Notes under the pieces: generated by a model
Databases searched by the model: none
The model's input: only the letters and a program-made list of their open reading frames with translations
What the model was told of the DNA's origin: nothing
Source: Lineus longissimus
Lineage: Eukaryota
Direction of reading: 5' to 3'
Length of the DNA stretch: 64,000 bases
NCBI RefSeq assembly: GCF_910592395.1
Contig: NC_088308.1
Location: 1,984,001 to 2,048,000, forward strand
Translations under genes and position numbers: made by a program
Shown: piece by piece, positions 15,317 through 27,300 of the stretch
How the letters are laid out: each line of letters starts with the position of its first letter
How positions within the stretch are numbered: position 1 is the stretch's first letter

Positions 15317-15357
15317 CAGCAGCTGACGAAGAGGAAGCAGAATTGTTTTTTCAGAAT
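15317..15357 (+). CDS. BICC1: BicC exon (AAADEEEAELFFQN)
   Basis: tttcag| ... |gtaagt; corresponds to vertebrate AAAEGKGRSGEDFFQK. Confidence 0.85.
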
Positions 15358-18300
15358 GTAAGTTCACTTTGCCTCCAATTTTGATTCTTTCTCAGAAAAA
15401 CAATCACTTAGTGCTGAAGGTAGGTGCACCTGGTTAAAATGAGGAAACTCGTGTCTTGTGCACAGATGTGAAGACAGGTTAATGTGACACCTACATCCGG
15501 AAGACAGCTTCACACACCAGGGTCATCCACATGCTCCTCAACCTTGCATTACCCTCAGTCGTCGCTTCCTGATTGTGCAACTCTTGTGAAATATTTCTGT
15601 TTTACGCTTACCATACACTTGCTGTGGTGTCCAAATGATTTAGTGGCTAAATAATGTCTACAAACTCCTAATCATGTAAACCTCACACCATGTTCATTTC
15701 ACCTTTTAGGTAATGCACATGACAGAAACCCATATATCATGGCCGTCCAAATTAAAAATTGGTGCAAAGTCAAAAAAAGGTGAGTACCTTCTGTTTGTTA
15801 TTTAGAACTACTTTCAGTTTGCTTGTCATGCCATCTGGTGGATGTGAACTAAACTGAAAGCTTACTTCTCGTTCAAACAATCCCTGTTGCCAAAAAGCTC
15901 CTTGAGGCATGAATGCCATGGCAGGGTTTTGTATGCACAGGAATAACAAGATACAGCATTTCAAAATTTGGTTCCAATTTCTGCCAATCAGATGCTGACG
16001 TCTTCAAATGAACATTATCACATCGATTTATTCCCCTGCGTGTGCACCCGACTTTAAGAACTGTAGTCCACAACACTTTATTTTCATCCAGGACTTGTTG
16101 ACTCTCTAAAACAATATTGATCTTGCATGTTTAAACCTAATATCTCGTGCAAGCCACTTCATCAATCAAAATGTTAGATTATATGATTGAATCTTGTCCT
16201 GATGACCCTGATTGCGATGGGTCATATCCTGTAATATCTTACTTCAGTAGTCTGTCATATGAGAGCAGTATCATGATATCTGACAGTTAGATCATATAAA
16301 TATCTCTGAGGTGTTTTATTGACAACTTGTATGAGTCACTCAACTGAATAGGTGATAGATTTGGCCAGCAACTTTCTTGGTCCATAGATCCAAACCTTTT
16401 CAATAATCATGAACTTCCAACTTGTACGAAAGAACTACCCGCTCTTTGCATTATTTGCTAGACATCTGTATGTCCTTGTCTAGCCTGAAAATATGTGCAC
16501 TATTTGTGGTAGATGGGTGGAATGGTTGTATTCTTTCGAAAGGATTCTCTACGATATTCTTTCATTGATATTGGTTCATAGAATGCTCTGTTTGTTTGTT
16601 TAGAGTATCTGGGTTGAAGAGGTAGAAATTGGAGCTCCTGCTGACGCTAGGCCTATGTCTGGCCACTTAGTTCTTATGTTCACTCCCAATACTATTTCTT
16701 GCCAAATTTTAACACTTTCAGTGCCATCCAATGAATATCTGCTTTCTTCAGGGCTAGTGAAGAACTAAATGATGATCTAATTGATTCATCGCAGAAGGCC
16801 AATCTGCCCCATTTTCATTGGAAAACTTATCTGACATATGGTAAAAAATAAAGAGTGATTTCAGCCCATCGTTTAGCGATAATATGATATGTATCGAAAT
16901 GAATATTTGTTGTTGTATGGAAAGGATAGATAAGTTGGAGAACTCTGACAGGTAAACATATGGTCAGAGAAAGTGACCAGATAAAATGGATCGTCATTGG
17001 GTTATGAAGTGCTTTAGCTAAATATTTGGTGCATCAACTGGCAAGTTGCAATTCATAAAATATAGATGATTCAGCATATCGTCCCCCTCATAAAATAATT
17101 GCCCAAGTCATATTTTGGATATCAATTGGTGCCATACTTCATGATTGTACTAATGCATTTTCACTGAATACTTTTGTAATACAAACGGGCCAATTTGCAC
17201 TTTCATTTATCTTTCCAAATTACTTCTATTATGTGGAATTCCATATTGTTCCATTAAAGTTGAGATGTGTGATTTCTTTTAAATAATTCTATGGAGTGCA
17301 TTCATGTGATGATGAAATTTGGGTCAGTGTTACAATGTGTGTTTACATTTTCTATTGGGATAATTCAATATAAAATCACAGTCGTGTTGCTTTACCATCC
17401 AAATATCCGTGCTGGTTATCTTACTCAAGGCACCAGAAAATATTTTATCTATGTTTTTCTACCCAGTTCTAATTCGATAATTGGCCCGGGAGGTTTATGG
17501 TTAAGTATCCTTTTCCAAACCCAAGGAAAGTTGCAGGTGCTGCCACCTGTTACTCAAGACCTAAAGGAGATCGCCAACTGCTGCACTGGCTGACATCGCC
17601 AAGTGCCCACACAAGGGTCTCCATAAATCAGATAAAACTTGATGAAATATTGTTAAATCATTAAACTACAGGTTCCTACTGAAATATAACACCCAGTAGT
17701 TACAAGATTATCTTTCACGAAGTTATGTGTCATAGATACACAAAGGAGCTTGTCAAGAGTTTATCATACATGATGAAATATTGAGTTTTCTTTTGTTATG
17801 GGGAGAATACTTAATTAAAAATTGTCTTGACACTTTCCTTATCAGATTGAAGGTAGCTCCCTTGTTTAGTTGACCCGACTAAATGTAGGTGGCTACTCTG
17901 TAAAGTTGTTGTGATTCATTGTCGATGTCAGAATGTGATCGAATTCTAGGGTCACCCTTCATGATGCCATGAGAGCCGGTTGTAAGACTCGCCAAAGTTT
18001 CATGTCAGCCTGATGGGTAGGCTATATCAGTGAGAGTGGAAGGTGATCAACACTCCTGACATCCTCATTCAAAGAAGGCCCCATCCCGAATCCCGACAGG
18101 GAATTTCAGCTTGACAGTTTTTTCCACTCCAGAATTTTCACATCTTACCCCAGTTAGTCTAATCTCCACCTTTGGTAGTCTTCGAGTTCGTTGATAATGC
18201 CTTGTGTGTCAAGATGTTCCAGTTCTAGTTCCTTTCTGTTGTCATAGATGGCCATACCGGAGAGTCATGCTTTAGTGTGTCAGTGAGGGGTCAGGTGGCT

Positions 18301-21300
18301 CTACTAGCCTTCATAGCTTTTATGTTCCACGTGCCAATCAGTTGCTTGTTATGAAAAGATTTCTTCAAGTGACTGATTTCGCTGCCCTACTGAGTGTCAA
18401 GTGAAGATGGGTAGAGAGATGGGGGGGGGGGGGACTGGTGGTAGGGTTATAATATGGCCTATGCTGACAAGAAGTTCTCAAGTTGAAAGGATGTCATCAA
18501 TCAACAGGACTAACCCACTTGGAGATATCAATAAAGCAGAGAAGCATGTAATCCATGTTCAATTCTAATTGAGAATGGACACAAGACGCACATTGATTAT
18601 TAGTCATGCGTACTTTAATAAAGGAGGGTCAGGGCATTCTAACCTTGTCATTGATTTCACCCACTGGGGCAAAATCTGAAATAGGTCCCATTTAGATACC
18701 TATCATCAATAAGCTTAAAAATACAAAAAAATGTGAATAATACCAGCTTGTACTCTTACAAGATATTGGGTGGGTTGAGATTTTTGTGACCAGGATGATA
18801 TTCAACTTGGAGGGTGTCGTTGACACGTCTGCTTTAAGAGATGAAAAAAGATGGCGGAAAAGTGTAGTATTTATTGTCATGATTGTGCGGGTGTATTAAA
18901 ATGCATCTGAAAACAAGGTCCCAGTTTTATCGATGATATAACTTATCTCTAAGTTGCCAAATTGAATGCTTTTCTTCAGTTTGCACCTGATGGTAACAGT
19001 CTGATAATTATGAAACTTCGAAAGGGAAAGATAATCTGCCCATTTTCCCAACAATGCCAGATTTTAACAAAAGAAACAATACATGTGTACCAAGAAACAT
19101 GACAATATGTGTCCATTGTGATTTTCACAATGAATGATATACTATTTCCTGTGGCCGATTTGTTACCTATGATACCATTGTTAAACAACATTGGAGAAAA
19201 GAATGGTTTCTTTGGATGATTTCCGATGATTGTCATTTGTACTGGATGGTTGGACAGATTTTGACATGATTCATACGATTCACATGGATAGCCTATAAAA
19301 AAAATTGTGTGGTTTACTCAGATGTGAGTGTTTTCTGGGTGGTCTTTATGAATCCATGTAATATTGCAAGAGCAGAACAATATTCTCAATGAGAAGGTTC
19401 TCCATGCAGGAAATATAGCCTAGCTATGAATCTGGCATGAATTTGGTCTCAAGAGGGTTAAGGTTTGGTGAATTTGGATTTGAAAGAAAAGCAAAAACAT
19501 TCAACGTGAAGTTTCAAGGGTCATTTGAAGACTTGTTTGGACTTTTAAAAAGCCTTTGGGACACCACTCAAGTGAAACATGTGAAGTCCCGACAGTTTAA
19601 GGTGTTCAAATAGTTTGTTTCTCGCCAAAGGTTGCAGGTGTTTTCAATTTCTTATCTAACATTTCACATTGGAGTAACCCCCTAGGACAATATACAAACC
19701 AGTCGTGTAACATAACATCACTTATTGTCCCCAAAAGAGAAGTGCCCTCCATGATTATCCCAAAGGAAACCCCAGATAGTTTCGAGTGGGTTGTACATGT
19801 AAAGATTGCACTTTTGATAAAATGGCTTGGGTCAAAATCCACTTGTTACCTGGAGGGTCAGAAGTGCACCAGCTATTATCGGATTTTCGTTCCATGGGTG
19901 TTACATTTTTTGAGTCAAAGAAAAGTGACAGTGTAATGTAAGCTATTTAGCATGGCAGATGAATTGAGCTTCAATTTTTACCTGTTTCTGCTTAAACAAT
20001 TAATGCAAAAGGCTGGACTGAATACAACTAAGATGTAGTTAGATGACATGTACATCAATTGGACAACATTGGTTTTCAACAACACCAGAAAAACCCGACC
20101 AACGCCGTCCGATAGAGGCCGCCAGTGTAATCAGTCACGTGCCGCCATTGACGAATCAGCTCGCAGCAATCAATCACAATGGCAGCCTAAACGAGACGCG
20201 GTATCCGTTTGAATTACGCTTTGTTATCTGATATAAAATTGCCGAATTACAAGAGAGAAAAACGAGTAGTCCATAATAAAAGTACGGCTCGCAGTATGTT
20301 TTGGCTAAACGATCGTACGTCTTGTGTTCGAGGACACAGGTGATCATAATCAGGACACCTCTTTATTTAGGACAGCGTCCCTGATGTCCTTGTTTGTATG
20401 CTCCCACCTGATATGACTGTTCACCAGAGGATCTAACAAATTTGCAATCAAATTACTGGAATGCCTACATCAATTTCAAACCTGGATGCCAACAAGACCA
20501 ACCTCCATCCCACCCCACCCCCACCCCACCCCCACCCCCAAGGTACACAGTACACCCCCCACAAAATGCCCAACTTTTTTACATTAGACAATTAGATATA
20601 GGAAAGCTACCATCAGTAATAAACTTTGGGTGCAGGGAAACTGGACTCATGCAGTCATGATTAGCATGATCATCAAGTGAAAAATGAATTTTCAAACTTC
20701 ATTTAAAATCTAGAGTGAAAAATTTAAATCTCAGTAGTATCAGAATGATGGTGTTTCACATTAGCATGAAACAAGCACGATTTAAAACTAGGTATATTGC
20801 ATAGATCAACCCCCCAAGCTCCCTAGTGACCCCCTCGCAATGACCAATTCAATTTTTTGCTGTCACATCATTAAAACCTCCAATTTCGGCATGCAAGTGG
20901 ACAAAGAAAAAAATGTTCCAAAACACCAGAAGCAGTGTTATCATGACTCTAGATGGTATTGCCCTCTCCCGGATCTATCGGCAACTAAAATATTATCGCT
21001 AGAAATGCCAGTTTTTTAGCCGTAAAAACGCCTCAAAGGCTTATTTTCCTGATTTTCCCTGTTTGAACTTCATCAATGCATGCAAAGCGGCGGTACAAAG
21101 GTGGACAAAGGATTTTTTTGACTAAATTCACTGAAATTTCGCACAGTATTAGCTAGACATTAGAGGAAACCAATGGGCTATCGGCAAAGTGCGTAATGCT
21201 CCCCACCGCCTGATTAACTCTGCTTTTGGAGATTGCCCTAAGCTAAGCGCACTACTGCGTTGATCGGCCGAGATGGTAATTAGTGCGCATGCGCAAGTTC

Positions 21301-24300
21301 GAGTCGGGGATTTCTGGTATTGATCTGCCATATATATACTTGAAGATGGCCTGAATTCATGTGTCGAAGGGAGAAAAAAGTTGTCGTCTCATGCTGAAAT
21401 TATGACTAATTTTTTGAAAGCCATTTTGTGTTTACCTATTTCCATTCGTTAGACACAGACGGGATAACCCTAAAATTGAGATTAGACCTAATAACCCCCT
21501 TGCTGTCTGCCAGCAATATGTCTTCTGTCGTTGTCATTTAAAATTCCTTAGATCTTTGTCTTTTGGTGTCAGTCATTGGGACGAACGTCTTGTCTTGTCC
21601 TTCTCAATGTTGGTCAAAGTGCCTCAGTGAGTTTCCAATGAAGGCACAACTAAATTATACACAATAGATTTCAAGCCTATGTCAATTTCACCTGCAAAAT
21701 GTTCTGTTTTGTATTGGACTGGTAACTATTACAGCCAAGTCCTTCAATGGACAGAGATGTAGGCCTAACACATGAAAACCAGACTGGGTCTGAAGAAAGC
21801 TACCCTTCAAGGGGTTCATTTATGGCTCCTTGATCATTCCCAATTGCATGACCTGATAACAGGGTTACAAGGTGACATTTGAGACATCCCCTAACTTAAA
21901 AAAACACCTTTTCGCATCGAAACACTCAAGTCATTTCCTCCCAAAAGGCCCCTTGCAATCTGGATATAATGTTGATTGTTTCAGGCCCATCTTTATTAGA
22001 AATGTTAACCTATTAGTTCTGGCCAATGCATTTCTATTGCACCATGGCCATTAGCCCTGAAAACCTCAGGGTCAAAATTGCCCCCTTTGTCCCTAGTAAT
22101 TTGGTCAACCAGAGCTTTTACCTTGCGTTTGCGTGGAAGTTCTTTGTGGCCGACTTAGCCAATCTTAACAAACTCACTTAAGCATAGGGTGGGCACAATA
22201 GATCTATCTATGGTCTTATTATTGAAATTCAGTGGTATTTCCGTGACTCCCTTTGTATTGCAAATAGACCTTTCATGTTCTGTCCTGTGCATTTGTACTC
22301 TGTATATTGTCAGGTTAATTCATGGTTTAGAGTCCATGCGAGCAACAAAAACAAAAATTGGTATTTTGGATCGGGTCTCTTGTGACTGATCCGGGGCCAC
22401 TTGCATTCAGGATATAGTCAGGCACTGGTCATGTTTCGGAATGATCAGTTTGTGATTTGAAATTGACTCCAGTTGTGTTTTTGGCATTCGGATGATATGA
22501 AGCGTAAACATTAACATATCTGAAATAGATTTGTAATTTGGAAATCGATTTCTTACTTTTGGAGGAGATTTTGCCAACTTTGGATAAAAGTGACAGATGT
22601 GATTATGTTGCCGATGTACCGTCATATCTGGTCTGCGCCGGATAATCTTCCCGCGCAGCAGATGAGGAACGCACCGCCAGGATACACCCCACGGCCTCGG
22701 ATGCAGGTTGCGGGGATGAAGGATAAGATAGACAGACCTTCTTCAGCAGGTGGGGATTTGAATTTGAATTTCGTGATATTAACTGATGTTTCATGAGTCA
22801 CAATATGTCACTCATAATCATATCCATAGGCATTGCCATTGCACTGCCAAAATGAAGAAGAGTTACATACTGTGCTTTAGAGTTTAGTATGAGAAAGCTT
22901 GTGGTCTCATTGCATGGGCTCATGACTCAGAGACCTGCATGAATTAAAAAAAATGATAGGTATGCTGATGTGCTGATATTATATGAAACTGTCGCTAGCT
23001 GCGTATTCATTCCTCTGTCTGGAACTGCCTTAAGTCATTCCCTATGTGTTGTTTCAAAGTCATTTCAGAAATATCGACCATTTTAGTTTTCTCTCAGAAT
23101 TGAAGTTGCGCTGCTTTTGTGAGGCATAAAATCCTAAATGGATTGATATTTGGTGACTTGGTTGCTTCTGTGTTTTCTCAGCGATTACCTATGAACTGTT
23201 ACCAGTTGAACACAAACAAACCCAGTCAAATTTCAATGGAAAACTGGCTTCTCTTAAAAATGAAAGTCCACAAATGTGTTTTACTTAGAAATTTTAAGGT
23301 TTGTTTTCTAGTCCTAAGTCACTTTTCATTCAAGGTTTAGTTTGCTTTTGAGGGCTTGTCGTGTTCTTCAATATTTGAAGTCCATTTTGGCAGTGTCTTG
23401 TTTGAAGTTGTTTTACTTAGTTAATCTAGGATTTCCTTAGAAGTCAAATATCCAGACCATGTGGTTTAATACTCAGTCAGGCTGATATAGCAAACTTTAG
23501 ATAGATATTTTCATAATTTTCTGGTCGCAATCAGAAAGGTATCACACAGCTATCATAATAGCCTAAGATTCCTCTTCTGATGTCACTGAAGTACATCTTC
23601 CGTCTCTCAGTTTGTAACTTGGTAATTAGGTTGTTATTTGTCATTGCACTCAAGATCATTGACAAGGCTCTTAGAAAAAAGCTGCCTCATCAATGTGATC
23701 TGCTGAGTTTTGTCCTGAAAGTATCTACCAGTTGATTCTGATCGAGATTGTTTTTACCACCAGGTGAGTCTATACCATAGTGTAGTGTCCGTCCTAGCTG
23801 CATGTCTTTGATGAAAACAGCAGCTTGTATTTCTTTTTACAGCTTGCGATATTGACCATGAACTGTGTACACGTGTACCCCCAGGTCAGATGGTTATGGA
23901 GAGTCCATTAGGTCTACTTTAACGCTTTATCCTCTTATCTTGCAGATCCACATATCAAAATAGCTGGGACGCCGGCAGCCGTGGCAAATGCAAAGGATCG
24001 CATCATGGAAGTCTTAGACACAAAAGTAAGTGATATAGAGAATGTACAGTTCTGTCTAAAAGTAACATTGCTTGTGACGTATGACACAACATTCTACATT
24101 CAAACAGATATCACAGAATTTGAAACCAGGACGGGTGCTACTGCTACTGCTTCAGATGTGTTCTAGAGTGTGGTGTACGCTGATATGGTAGGAAAGTTGC
24201 TTCTGAACAGTACTGGAGGTTTTCATAGAGAGCAGTTTTGTTCTGACACGCAGGTTTTTTGTAGAGTGGTAACTTTCCCTGGCACGTGACATCATCGACT

Positions 24301-27300
24301 TTGACTAAGTCAGATGAAGCTCCTTGGGTAGATCTCTCCAAGGACAAAGAAAACTTTAGTCATGTGTAGAATGTTGACAGTCTGTAATGTACTTTCAGAA
24401 AAAAAGCTGTGCACAACCACATGGATGTTATTTCTGAGCAGTACACTGTAGAACATGTAGTAGGCCAGCAAAACGGGAAATGGAACAATTTAAAAGTACT
24501 TTTCTGACCAGTGCACTATGGTACCAACAATAAAACTGCTGATATTACCAAGAAAATTCTCTATGTGGGTGGAACTTAAATCATTGCAACATGATCCAAA
24601 GCAAGACTTTTTTTCCACATTTCCACATTGAATTGTCTGTTTATTTGAGTACATTCTCAGTATTGTACTCAAAGAGACAGGATCTATCTCCCTGGGTGGA
24701 CATTGAGCCCAGTGATGATGCTTTTAAAATAATAAGTGGACATGCAGAGGGTTTATCAAACAGTATCATTTTCTGAAGTCAGGTTCATACTTTCAAAATG
24801 TAACATCCAGGACGCATCTGAGATGATGTTGTCATTGTGAGAAGTTTGGACTTCTGGATAAATATTGCTGTTAGTTGTTTCTGACAGCACTACTTGGGTA
24901 TGAAATTTGTAAACATTGGGAAAATCTAATTGAATGATCAGATTTTCAGAGATATGCTTTCAAGACTTACTTTACCCCTCACCCTTTTGGATTTTCAAAT
25001 TCGCAACTTGTTGTGGTCAGTTAGGTGAAATACAGTCCTTTAAATTTGTTATTCTAAGGTTGGTGTTCGGCCATTTTTCTGCTTCTTCAATATTAAAATC
25101 CTGTTAATATTTTCTTAAAAAACGTGTACCAAATTATGAGTATTTACGTTTTAAATACCTTCTGATCAGTATTTATCCTGTATGTTTTGGGCAGCAGGTC
25201 CATTTAATTTGCTCAGCTAATAGAACATGCCATAAATCCGACTTTCTCTGACTTTATTGAATAATATTTTTATTTCGATGGCCCCACGCTTACAAAATGT
25301 GCAGTGATGTTTTAAACCATCTCAGGCTATTTGTAGAAGGAATTTGATTTGTGAAACAAAACGGAAATTGGTAGAAAAACAAAATTGTGGTTTTGTGGAG
25401 TTTTCAGTGTGTTAGTTCCAGGAAATGTCGAATAGCATATCCTGTTGTTAGGTCCTTTGCCTTTTGTCTCTTTACCAGCAAAGAGGATAATGTGTTTAAA
25501 ATTACTCAAGAATTAAAAGTTCAGCCTTATAATGCTTTTGCCTTCATGCTATGTTCAAATGATGATTTGGTTTTTTTAAGGGCATGTGTGATCTTACATG
25601 TACTTCTTGCCTAAAATGGCTACCATACATTCATGTTTATGCTATTGACTTCTCTGTTCTGTTGAATAATCTCGCTGTTTGATATCAATCATTATTTTTT
25701 TAACTCTGGGAAAGGATTTTGAGTGGGCCGGACATATTGTATCAAATGCCAGTTCAATGAATGAGTGAAATATGATTCATTGACATTTGACAGTACAACT
25801 GTGAGCGTATTGTAAATTATGCTGTTCCTTAGAGATTTGGGACAAACAAATTTTGTGTGAGAAAAAGTCCAAAATGAGATTGGGGGGTGCTCTATTGAGA
25901 AATGTCTAATCTTCGTCTCGAAAATGGAGCACTTTTAGTCCTCTTCAAGTGGTATATTGCTGAATATTGCTGTGCTAGCATACCCTTGAGTTATACAAAC
26001 TAAAATGGCATTTGTGTTCAAGTTATTTAAGTTCTTCTTTAATTAGTATCATCTTCACTGAACCCTGATAAGCAAGCCCCAACTCCTTGGGCATACTTCA
26101 GATTAAAGACCTAATGAGTAAGAAAGTGGGAGTCCTTATGGGATTCCTCCGATGTCTTGGTCTGGCACCTCCGAATATTATATTCTAGCTTGTCTTTCAA
26201 CCCAAACATTGACCTGAATGACCACTATCATTCAGTTTCAGATCAGTAGTCATGTCTTATAGTGAGTACATAAACATTGTGTTTACTTCCAGTGGTGTTA
26301 CTTGCTTGTCTTTGGTTTAACCTCATAAGAATTTCATGATTTGCAAAAAGAGAAGTTCAATATCCTCTCCAAATGTTATTCATCTCCGTATGTTATGAAT
26401 ATAGCGTATCAGATGCTTTTGTTCTTGATGCCTTGTGGCACATTGGGGTTCTATTTGATGCCACTTTCTAGTGGGATTTATCTAGGGGAAAATTCAGTGT
26501 GGACGTTTGAGCCACCGGCTCAATTACATCGGACGTTGGTGCAATCTTTACTAAAATGCTCTTGTGGCCGCCAACAAACGAAAGAAACCACCAGACAGCT
26601 ATAGTGTTACATCACTGTCTAATTTGCCCGATTAGATACCTAGTGTTGAGTTGCAACAATCGCTTTGAAATCTTGAAAATAATGATTTAAAGACCTACAG
26701 AACAAGTTCAATTCAAAGAGAAGTTTGTTGAATTGACTAACAAGCTTGGAAAAAGTGGCTGTGACACCATGTGATCTAACTTCTGAGGGGGAATTCGTTT
26801 AGTTTTTGTTCGAAAACCAGTGTGAGACACTTTTTCTTTAGAATGGCATTGCTGATTGTGGTTGAAGAATTCATGGTTCAAATAAGGCTGCCGTGTAACT
26901 TTGTGTAGGATCACATATCTCACAATTGCTTGGCAACTTGAGTAAAGCTGCTGACGTGAAGATGTTCTGTATCTGGGTGTACTCCACAAATTACTTTTCG
27001 GTTGCCTTTGTTTGCTGTCACAACCATCACAACACGTTGGTTGCGACTTGGGGCAAGGCACTTAACTGTGACAGTCCCCTTCAATGCTATCCATGTTGGC
27101 TCCTGAACATCGGTGTCAACCAGGTCTGCGGTGCTGGGTAGTGCCAAATCTCAGCAAACTAAAGGAGTGGCCGACCCCGCAGGAGAATCCACTGCCATGG
27201 TATCAAATGACCGGACCTGCCCTTTCATGACAATAGGTGTTTATCTTGGCCTCAGCAGGAGTGATGACCTCATGTTTGATGAACAACCAAGACTTGAAAA

